Positions 1 through 7,846 of a stretch of DNA of 64,000 nt are shown piece after piece. The translations under genes were made by a program, and so were the position numbers. The stretch's first letter is position 1, and every line of letters starts with the position of its first letter. Below the pieces are notes generated by a model, which worked only from the letters and a program-made list of their open reading frames with translations, was not told the DNA's origin and ran no database searches. The DNA comes from a virus. Lineage: Duplodnaviria; Caudoviricetes. The stretch spans positions 15,149 to 79,148 of the IMG/VR virus record IMGVR_UViG_3300028586_000020, one strand, 5' to 3'.

Positions 1-256
1 TAGGATCATCATTGATCCATGCGACATCCGAATCACGCACTTCTTTGTTTTGCTGGTTATTACCAACCGAACCCGATTGGAACACCAGCATTTCGCCGAG
101 TTCGATGATTTTCTTGCATTCATCGCGATCAGCGTTGTAAACGGCGGGCTCGCCTTCTTTCTCGACAGCCCAGCCGTTACCGAATGCGTTGAAGAGTTCA
201 CAGTGCGACACGTAGGGGAACACGCGCACTGGGATGCCGTAACGAGGTTGGTTCAT
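1..256 (-). CDS. Partial gene running off the left edge: putative 2OG-Fe(II) oxygenase (prolyl-4-hydroxylase-like), N-terminal 85 aa
   Basis: Not in the ORF track. Manual translation from ATG at 256 (AAGGA RBS upstream) is open to the window edge: MNQPRYGIPVRVFPY...DECKKIIELGEMLVFQSGSVGNNQQNKEVRDSDVAWINDDP. The 'ECxxII.LG' and 'VRDSxVxWI' blocks resemble the N-terminal part of P4H-like 2OG-Fe(II) oxygenases. The catalytic HxD...H residues would lie outside the window. Confidence 0.6.
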   Translation of the reverse strand, partial: MNQPRYGIPVRVFPYVSHCELFNAFGNGWAVEKEGEPAVYNADRDECKKIIELGEMLVFQSGSVGNNQQNKEVRDSDVAWINDDP

Positions 257-280
257 GATGCTTTCCTTAGTGGACAATTA

Positions 281-3184
281 TTAGAATTGTTGCTTGACGA
301 TGACTTGAGCGCCCGGACCCACATTGACCGGGTATTTGCCATCTACGCTTGTTTCAAGGGTGGCCAAGGTATCTGCCACATAGTTCCCTGGCGCACCACC
401 AGCAGCGCCTGGGAAGGTTACTCCCAAAGCAGCAAACGGTGAAGAAGGCCCGCCTGAGGTAGGTGGGTTATACGCAACTGTGCCTGGCACCGCAGGGTTA
501 TAATTGGCCGTGCCTGGTACAGTAGGATTGTACGAAGCATTGCCGGGTGTATCAGGGTTGTAATTGGCTGTCCCTGGAACCGCTGGATTATAATTGGCTG
601 TACCGGGAGCCGGTGGGTTGTAGTTGGCATTGCCAGGAATCGACGGATTATACGTTGTCGGATTCACATAGCTCGGATTGGTGTACGCTGGATTGTACAC
701 GGCTGGGTTGGTCGAAGATGGATTCGTCGTTGGCGGGTTGCTGTATTCTGCTGCGTACGATCCTGGATTGGTGTTACCTGGTATCCAGGAAGGTGGATTC
801 ACATTGCCCGGTGTGAAGGTGCCTGGATTGGTGATGGTGGCCCCAGGGAATACACAGAACATTGAATACTGCCAGCCCTGGTCATTGGTCAGCCATTCTG
901 GATACGATCCTTCAGGACAGCTTAAGTCACCAGGGTGGCTACCATAAGGCGCAGAGATGTAGCCATCTGGACCTAATTGATAACGGTACCCTTCTTCATA
1001 CGTCGTGTTGCCCGGTGTGAAGGTGCCGGGGTTGGTGGCGCCTGGTGCGTAATTGCCTGGATTGCTATTACCCGGTGTGTACACCGCCGGCACATAGTTA
1101 CCAGGCGTGGTATTGCCGGGCACCGTGTTACCAGGGATATACGAAGCAGGAACAGGGTTGCCAGGCACATAGTTGCCTGGAATTGCCGTGCCGGGCGTAC
1201 TCGGGTTGGTATTGGCATACGTTCCCGGTGTCGGTGGGTTGTACCCGGTAAGGTTTCCGCCGCTGTTGGGATTGTATCCTGCCACATTGCCTGGGGTGGC
1301 CGGATTGTACCCAATCAAATTTCCACCTGTTGGCGGATTATACCCTGCAATCTCCGCCGGTTTTGACGGGTTATACACAACATTTCCTGGCGATGGTAAA
1401 TTATAATTTGCATTCCCAGGTATTACGGGATTGTAATTGGCATTACCGCCGGAAGGGCTATTGTAGACAGGTGTGCCTGGTACGATAGGGTTGTAGTTGG
1501 CATTTCCGCCTGTGGGCGGATTGTAGTTCGCGTTACCGGGCGTAGGTGGATTGTAATTCGCATTGCCCGGAATCGTCGGATTGTAATTCGCATTGCCACC
1601 TGTCGGTGGGTTATAGTTCACATTGCCCGGTGTGCTTGGGTTTTGCGAGAAGGTCGGTGGGTTGGTGTACGACGCGTTCGATGGCCCAGGGGTGTACACG
1701 TACGTATAGTTCACCTCGTAGTAGCTACCGCCCCGACCACCAAAGCGTGGTGGATCATACACGGTGTACGGCGCCAGTTCAGGATTACCTGGCACGCTCC
1801 AACCTTCATACGCCCAACCCTCTTCTTGCTCTTCATAGAGCGAATTGTTGCGATAGAAGGAGTTGGCCCAACCTTCTTTGGTGCCAGGATTGGCATAACC
1901 TGCAACGAAGTTACCAGGATGGGTGACGACGTTCCCGCCTGTGGGCGGATTGGTATTGGCGTACGTGCCAGGGATAGTGGGGTTGTAGTTGGCTACATTC
2001 CCACCTGTAGGCGGATTGGTGCTGACGTAGTTCCCTGGCGTACTCGGGTTATAGTTCGCCAACGTACCTGGTACCGGAGGATTGTAGTTCGCTACGTTCC
2101 CTGGAGTTGGCGCGTTGACAATTGGATTGCCTCCCGCAGAAGGGTTGTAACCCGACACAGTGCCCACCACTGGCGGATTGTAGTTTGCGTTACCCGGCAC
2201 TACTGGGTTATAGTTCGCGTTGCCACCAGAAGGCGGATTATACGCGACAGTCCCTGGTGTGTACGACGGCGGATTGGTGTAGGCTGGTACTGCCGTTGGT
2301 GGGTTGGTGTACGTTGTGCCCGCAGTATACGTCGGTGGGTTGTAATACGCAGGCGAATAGTTGCCCGGATTCGCTCCGTTGTTACCTGGCGTGTACGTGC
2401 CTTGGTTGGTACCAGGGTTGCCGGGTGTGTACGTGCCCGGATTGGTATTGCCCGGTTGGAACGTCGTACATACCCGATGTGGCTTACCAGCGTCGTCGGT
2501 ATCGTAACCGGCAAACGACCATCCCACCGGACAGGCTTGCATACCACCTGGTCCATACCCCGTGAAGATTTCTTGATAATCACCTGGATTGGTGTTACCT
2601 GGCGTATAGGTCGATGGGTTGGTATAAGGATTGCCGGGCGTGAACGTAGGTGGGTTGCTATACGGATTACCAGGCGTATAAGCCGCCGGCACCAGTGTGC
2701 CCGGAGCGTAGTAGTTCGGGTTGCTGCCGCTGTTACCCGGAATGTTGTAGGCTGGCGAATAGTTCCCTGGCGTGTACACCGGTGGATTGGTGTATTGGGC
2801 GCCTGGCACTACGGGATTGTAGTTTGCAACGTTGCCGCCACCGGGCGGGTTGTAGTTGGCGACCGTTCCAGGAACAGACGGATTGTAATTGGCATTACCG
2901 GGGATTGTCGGATTGTAATTCGCATTGCCCGGTACCACCGGGTTATACCCCACGATGTTGCCAGGCGTGTTGGGATTGTAGCCCGAAATGGTGCCATTGT
3001 TGGAAGGATTGTACATGATGTTGCCGGGAACGGTGGAGTTCCCTGGCGAACCAGTACCGGAGACGAGCACGGACGATTTGCCGTATTCCAATGTGACTGT
3101 ACCTGGCGCATTAAAAATGGAGGTACTTGGAACAATACGGGCATTCGTTCGTTCACGCCGAAGCTTTTGCGTTAAACGAGTCAT
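281..3184 (-). CDS. 967-aa Pro/Gly/Asn/Tyr/Thr-rich repeat protein, probable tail-fibre-associated virion protein
   Basis: Dozens of about 10-aa PGNANYNPxx and 5-aa YxPGN repeats. The N-terminus (IFNAPGTVTLEYGKSSVLVSGTGSPG) and C-terminus (GVTFPG...YPVNVGPGAQVIV) resemble the two halves of the phage glycine-rich fibre-associated domain. Lies directly downstream of a fibre-like gene. Confidence 0.7.
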   Translation of the reverse strand: MTRLTQKLRRERTNARIVPSTSIFNAPGTVTLEYGKSSVLVSGTGSPGNSTVPGNIMYNPSNNGTISGYNPNTPGNIVGYNPVVPGNANYNPTIPGNANYNPSVPGTVANYNPPGGGNVANYNPVVPGAQYTNPPVYTPGNYSPAYNIPGNSGSNPNYYAPGTLVPAAYTPGNPYSNPPTFTPGNPYTNPSTYTPGNTNPGDYQEIFTGYGPGGMQACPVGWSFAGYDTDDAGKPHRVCTTFQPGNTNPGTYTPGNPGTNQGTYTPGNNGANPGNYSPAYYNPPTYTAGTTYTNPPTAVPAYTNPPSYTPGTVAYNPPSGGNANYNPVVPGNANYNPPVVGTVSGYNPSAGGNPIVNAPTPGNVANYNPPVPGTLANYNPSTPGNYVSTNPPTGGNVANYNPTIPGTYANTNPPTGGNVVTHPGNFVAGYANPGTKEGWANSFYRNNSLYEEQEEGWAYEGWSVPGNPELAPYTVYDPPRFGGRGGSYYEVNYTYVYTPGPSNASYTNPPTFSQNPSTPGNVNYNPPTGGNANYNPTIPGNANYNPPTPGNANYNPPTGGNANYNPIVPGTPVYNSPSGGNANYNPVIPGNANYNLPSPGNVVYNPSKPAEIAGYNPPTGGNLIGYNPATPGNVAGYNPNSGGNLTGYNPPTPGTYANTNPSTPGTAIPGNYVPGNPVPASYIPGNTVPGNTTPGNYVPAVYTPGNSNPGNYAPGATNPGTFTPGNTTYEEGYRYQLGPDGYISAPYGSHPGDLSCPEGSYPEWLTNDQGWQYSMFCVFPGATITNPGTFTPGNVNPPSWIPGNTNPGSYAAEYSNPPTTNPSSTNPAVYNPAYTNPSYVNPTTYNPSIPGNANYNPPAPGTANYNPAVPGTANYNPDTPGNASYNPTVPGTANYNPAVPGTVAYNPPTSGGPSSPFAALGVTFPGAAGGAPGNYVADTLATLETSVDGKYPVNVGPGAQVIVKQQF
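290..3050 (-). repeat. Degenerate coding tandem repeats (about 30-nt and 15-nt units) within the 967-aa ORF
   Basis: Recurrent + strand words such as ggattgtaattcgcattgcc and gggttgtagttggc. They are diverged at synonymous positions, so the repeat is maintained at the protein level. Confidence 0.85.
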
Positions 3185-3199
3185 TCTACCCTGCCTTCA

Positions 3200-4435
3200 T
3201 TAACGGGTGTTCTTGTTCGACAGCGAACCAGTCCAGGTTGCCATGTTGTCTTCCGACCAGAAGTACCAGACGTCTTTGGCGCCCGCTGCGGTGGTGCGCG
3301 CTGGTGTGACACCATCGACCCACTTGACATTGCTTGGCCAAGCAATAGCGAAAGCAGTCGGCACGTTGGCGTTGATGGTACTGACCGAGAACTCGACGAC
3401 TTGACCTGCCATATCACCGACATTACGGATATCAAAGCCGATGGCGCCATTGGCACTGACGGTCACTTGGTAAGCGCCGGCTTGGCTAATATCGATGGCG
3501 ATGGTGCCATTCATCGGGATCTTCACCAGATTTTGCGAACCCAGTCCAGTGAACTTTGGACGATCCATATTGGCCTTTTGATTGACCACGGCGATCAATG
3601 CTTTGTGTAACGCTTGCAGTTTGCACAGCGCGCTTAACACGCTATCGGTTTCCGACAGGTTTTCTGGCTCGACTTCGGTGAGGCTGGTAAGTTTGGCAGC
3701 CAACGCACGCGATTCAGTGAAATACTTGTTGATCTCACCTTCTGGTACGTTGTCTGTGGTGCGGGTTAAGTTCAACAACGCTTGTTCGACGTAGAGCTCC
3801 ATTTGCTCGACTGTCGGCACGCCCAGGTCAACAGCAGTGAGGTTGTGGGCATTGCCTTGCTGGTTGATGTGCTGCGTCATTGCTGAGCTGGCTTGGGTCA
3901 GAATCGCATCGACCATGCGGTTAAGGGCAGCCAACACACTGCTCATGCCGACCATGTCCTTCAGATTCCACTCATGGGGCACGGGTGGGAAGATGTCCGG
4001 GTAACCTGCCACTTGGTCCCAGCTGGTGGTACGGGGGTTGTAGACTTTGTCTGCCAGGATTTCTGCTGTCTTGTTGGCATCGACCGTCCACTCGCCACCG
4101 AGCGTTTGGTAAGGGTTAAAGATGACGGTACCACGCAGCTCATTGTTGAGCATGGTGATCGAACCCTTCACCGGTTTTTGGCATGCCTTACTGGCGCCGA
4201 TGAAATGGTGTGAGAAATAAAAATCTACTCCTTCCACGAGTGGGCGAATGTCCCCCTGCAACGACTTGAAGTTGAGCGTCATGCTTTCAGCAAAGAACGG
4301 CGTCGCTTTCGGAATCAGGAAAATGAAGTTCTCATCGCTCCCGCCGAGCAAAGGTTGCAGTTCGCCAACGACCCTGTTCGTCGCAGCTTGACCGGTAGGA
4401 TCGAAAGGATATTGCGGGCTTGTGATAGTAGACAT
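3200..4435 (-). CDS. Putative tail fibre / baseplate-attached virion protein
   Basis: The N-terminal YPFDPTG...N...E motif is typical of phiKZ-like virion fibre/baseplate proteins. The C-terminus IAWPSNVKWVDGVTPARTTAAGAKDVWYFWSED..TWTG resembles a common phage tail-fibre C-terminal domain. Start moved to ATG 4435 (AAGG RBS). Confidence 0.7.
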   Translation of the reverse strand: MSTITSPQYPFDPTGQAATNRVVGELQPLLGGSDENFIFLIPKATPFFAESMTLNFKSLQGDIRPLVEGVDFYFSHHFIGASKACQKPVKGSITMLNNELRGTVIFNPYQTLGGEWTVDANKTAEILADKVYNPRTTSWDQVAGYPDIFPPVPHEWNLKDMVGMSSVLAALNRMVDAILTQASSAMTQHINQQGNAHNLTAVDLGVPTVEQMELYVEQALLNLTRTTDNVPEGEINKYFTESRALAAKLTSLTEVEPENLSETDSVLSALCKLQALHKALIAVVNQKANMDRPKFTGLGSQNLVKIPMNGTIAIDISQAGAYQVTVSANGAIGFDIRNVGDMAGQVVEFSVSTINANVPTAFAIAWPSNVKWVDGVTPARTTAAGAKDVWYFWSEDNMATWTGSLSNKNTR

Positions 4436-4545
4436 GAAAAGCACCTTTTTGAAGGTCGGAGAAATAATGCCGGGATAATGTTATGTTAGGTCCAAGCGAC
4501 TATATTATCTCGGCGTTTCGCCTCTACAAGCAAAGGATTTTCCCC

Positions 4546-5796
4546 ATGTATAACCTGGTTTCTGCCATTGTAAAGCCAGTTGACAGCGGTGGTCGGTGGC
4601 GTAGCATGGGCATTGAAAACGTCCCGCTGAACAACTTGTACAACGATTTTAAACGCGTGATTGTCACGCTCTCCAGCCCGGTCTTAACTGCGCCGGTCAG
4701 TTTAGAGATGGAATTGCTGCGCGCTGAATTAGGCGGGCTGACCCAAACCTTTGGTCAATGGTTACAAGAAAACGGGAACGCAACGCTTCCCACATCCAAT
4801 TCCCTGCCCACGATCAATACCCGTTACGCCCATTTCTCCGACGCCATTCGTTCAGGTTACAAGGCTACCCCTACCCACCCGACGATCTCGCCTTCGAGCC
4901 CGATTCCATTGTCGAGTAAGACCTACGCGATTCTCACCCGTCCTGAAGCAGATTACGAATACATGTATCGTCGCACGCTCGTTAGCGTCAATGGCTTTTA
5001 CCATCAAACCGATTACAGTGTCGAAGGTCTCTTTGTCACTGACGCCATGAAGACGTGCTTGAAAGCGGGACGCAATGAAATCGGGTTGTTGTCGTTTGAA
5101 GCGCTGGGTACATTGCAGTTTTTGCAAATCAAAGACGACATGATTTACACCCATCGTCCTCAGCAAAAGCTGCGTTATAATTGCTACGTGGATACCGGTG
5201 TCGATCTCTCGAACAAGACGGTGATGTTGGTGTTGGGTGGGTATTTACACACGCTTGACAAGCGCACGTTCTACCGGATCAGCGCTACCGCCTTCGGGAT
5301 CGACTTCGGCCAGATTCCTTTGGTGGACCGCTATTACGAATCCTACGACACCATTGATTTGGAGGAATTGGGATTAGAGCGTTCGGACACCAACAGCAGC
5401 CAAGTCGGGATCAACAATCTCTTTAGCGACGAGGTATTGCGGCGTTATTTGCAGTTGTCGCAAAGTTTCTTTGTGGTGCTCGACAACCAAGAAATCTTCA
5501 CCGACGTCGTTGAAGTCAAGCCATCGCCTTTCCCTGGCACCTACACGTCTAGCATCACGCCTGTCTATCCACTGATGGTGGGTCACGGTCGTCATGAAGT
5601 TTTCTGGCCACGTAAAGAGCATGACCGTTTCTCGGTCAACATCAATACGCAGGCTGCCTGGACAGCGCCTAAGAACTACGAGACCGTCCAGACCCGTAGC
5701 GAGAATTCGGTCAGCGATGCCAAGTTCGCTGCTTTGGGTTTCCGCAATTCGCAAGCCCACTTCCAACTCATCGGTACTGACATTTACGTTCCTTAA
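4546..5796 (+). CDS. Conserved jumbo-phage virion structural protein
   Basis: Long ORF; likely start ATG 4546 with AAAGGA RBS. It lies between fibre and spike genes and ends at a hairpin. Confidence 0.6.
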   Translation: MYNLVSAIVKPVDSGGRWRSMGIENVPLNNLYNDFKRVIVTLSSPVLTAPVSLEMELLRAELGGLTQTFGQWLQENGNATLPTSNSLPTINTRYAHFSDAIRSGYKATPTHPTISPSSPIPLSSKTYAILTRPEADYEYMYRRTLVSVNGFYHQTDYSVEGLFVTDAMKTCLKAGRNEIGLLSFEALGTLQFLQIKDDMIYTHRPQQKLRYNCYVDTGVDLSNKTVMLVLGGYLHTLDKRTFYRISATAFGIDFGQIPLVDRYYESYDTIDLEELGLERSDTNSSQVGINNLFSDEVLRRYLQLSQSFFVVLDNQEIFTDVVEVKPSPFPGTYTSSITPVYPLMVGHGRHEVFWPRKEHDRFSVNINTQAAWTAPKNYETVQTRSENSVSDAKFAALGFRNSQAHFQLIGTDIYVP

Positions 5797-5800
5797 ACGG

Positions 5801-5840
5801 CATAGCTCCCTCTACCCTACGGGGTAGAGGGAGGACTATG
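5801..5840. terminator. Bidirectional hairpin with CATAG/CTATG flanks
   Basis: CTCCCTCTACCC-TACG-GGGTAGAGGGAG between convergent genes. The 28-nt core is identical to 27478-27505. Confidence 0.8.
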
Positions 5841-5846
5841 TTTGTG

Positions 5847-6893
5847 TTACAGATCGATACAGATTTTGGGGAAAGTAAACGAGATAAACTTTTTGAGGGT
5901 ATTCTCGATAAAGTCCATGATGGGTTTGAGTAATCCCAACGTCAGGTTGTGCATGATGAGCTTGATCCCCATGGCGATATTCACGTCAGGGAAATTCATG
6001 TTCGGCACGAGTGGATCGGGGATAGCTGGTAGCGGTGGAAAACCAGGGAACGTGATAGATGCTAAGATGGCAGGCAAGTTAATCGATGGCAGTGTAGGCA
6101 TACCAGGGATGGCTGGCAAAGAAGGCCAGTCGATGTTGGGCCACCCAGGAAACTTCGGGATCTCCAAACTCAAGTTCGGTAATTGAATACCTGCAATCGC
6201 ATTGCGCACCGCGTTTTTGACCATGTTTACCACTGAATCGAAACTCGGGAAACTCGGCAGAGCAGGCATCGCTGCAATCTTTAACTTGTCCGTTACTTTC
6301 TTGATTAAGCCAATGACTGCGGTGGTCACGGTTTGCAAGTAGCCGCTCACCAACGCCATCAAGGTGTGGGTAATTTCCAAGTCAGGAATTTTCAATGTTC
6401 CAAAGATGGGAATGGGGATAAACGGCAAATGCACTTTGTCAAGAATAGCTTGCTTAATGGCTGCCACCAACGCTTTGACATTCCCTGATACCAAGTCGAC
6501 CAAATCGAAATTGGGTAGACCAGGTAACTTGGGTAAGAAACTGCCGATGTCCAATCCCAAGAATGAGAGCATGGGTTTGATCATGGCCATCAGCGTGGTT
6601 TGAAATTGAAACGATTGAAGCTGAATCGCGATCGTGACAAATTACAAATTCGGCATACGTAAACTACCGAGCAAAGGACTAGGCAATCCCAAGAGTGCCA
6701 AGGTAAAATCAGGTAACTTTGGGATAGCCGGTAAAGGTGGCCATTGAATATCGGGAATACCTGGAAACTTAGGTATTTCGAAATGGGGCAACTGAAAGTT
6801 CGGCAACGCCGGCGGGAAGGTCAGGAGCGGTCGAAACGCCGCCATGATGCCGTCAAAACTTGGAATGGGGGTGTCAACACAAATGTGTGGCAT
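5847..6893 (-). pseudogene. Pro-rich three-repeat protein (candidate spike-tip protein) interrupted by one in-frame TAA at 6642-6644
   Basis: ORFs 6642..6893 and 5847..6590 share a frame and are joined by 17 open codons. Strong AAGGAG RBS at the 6893 start and none at 6590. Internal repeats run across the stop (GSLRMPNL* versus GTLKIPDLE). Confidence 0.65.
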
Positions 6894-6906
6894 AACGCTA
6901 CTCCTT

Positions 6907-7767
6907 TTACACGACAGTGGTATTGGGGCTAACCATCGTGGCTGCTGTATCGCCCTGGAACGTCACCGTACCACCTTTACCGTGCAATGCTTTGGAAGCG
7001 GTGGTGGTCACTGTCTCGGCTTTGGTGATTGAACTTTGCTGGACCATGTGCACCATGTTCTTCGCTTTTACGGTGTAGGTTTCAGGCACCGTGATGGTTA
7101 AGTTCTTTTTGTTGATGTCGATCGATGTCCCATCGGGGTTTTGCATCGCCATCTGCTTTTCTTTGAAGTCAATGATAAAAACATGGCCAGTGTCATCGCG
7201 GAATTGGAAATGTCCTTCTTTGGTGTTAAGTTGGATATCGACCGTGCAAAATTCACCATTGGCTTTACTGGTATGGAAATTGACTTGCCCTTTGTGGGTC
7301 GACACTTCCATGTAGTAGTAGTTGTCACCGTTGACTTCAGCGCTCTCGTTTTGGGTGCCGCTCCAGGCATAGATCACCGTTTCGAGTTTGCGCAGTTTCA
7401 AGTCATCAAAGAGCCGCACCCAAAAGAAACGGTCTTCGTCAGAAAAGCGATACAACATTACGATCGCGCCACGGCGCACATCAGGCGGGGTAAAGCGGTT
7501 GTCGCTCCCCAAGGGCAACCAGGTCGCCTCGACACTATTGGACGTGCCTGTCTTGATTTGGAACTCACCGCCTAACCGGTCTTGCGATTTGATGCTTTCG
7601 ACAACGGTGCCTGACTTGATCTCGCCATCGAGCATTGGCAAATCTTCGATCGGGGTGACTTCCACGATGCGGCAAGGACCGCCGTCTTTCCCTTTGAGTT
7701 TCTTGTTTTCTGCCACCATGCCGAGGGAATAAGGCTTTAGTTCTGAAAACATTTCCGGCATCAGCAT
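6907..7767 (-). CDS. Baseplate central spike / puncturing protein (phiKZ gp164-like, gpV/gp5-like)
   Basis: OB-fold-like N-terminus with ATWLPLGSDNRFTPPDVRRGAIVMLYRFSDEDRFFW, then a beta-strand-repeat C-terminus. Divergent from sbcC, as expected from phiKZ-like gene order. Confidence 0.75.
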   Translation of the reverse strand: MLMPEMFSELKPYSLGMVAENKKLKGKDGGPCRIVEVTPIEDLPMLDGEIKSGTVVESIKSQDRLGGEFQIKTGTSNSVEATWLPLGSDNRFTPPDVRRGAIVMLYRFSDEDRFFWVRLFDDLKLRKLETVIYAWSGTQNESAEVNGDNYYYMEVSTHKGQVNFHTSKANGEFCTVDIQLNTKEGHFQFRDDTGHVFIIDFKEKQMAMQNPDGTSIDINKKNLTITVPETYTVKAKNMVHMVQQSSITKAETVTTTASKALHGKGGTVTFQGDTAATMVSPNTTVV

Positions 7768-7846
7768 GACTAGCTCCTGATCAGTAAAAATGAAAAATGA
7801 TGGGGACTATCTATGTTCTGTAAGAGGCCCATAATAGAAAGCACCC

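Noticed and set aside
1643-3175. 510-aa + strand ORF antisense to the repeat protein
   Set aside because: Arg/Val/Trp-rich shadow of the sense repeats; it arises because the repeat codons avoid reverse-strand stops.
281-3184. Diversity-generating retroelement, suggested by Asn (AAY)-rich repeats
   Set aside because: No reverse transcriptase in the window and no TR/VR pair differing only at adenines; repeat variation is spread over all bases.
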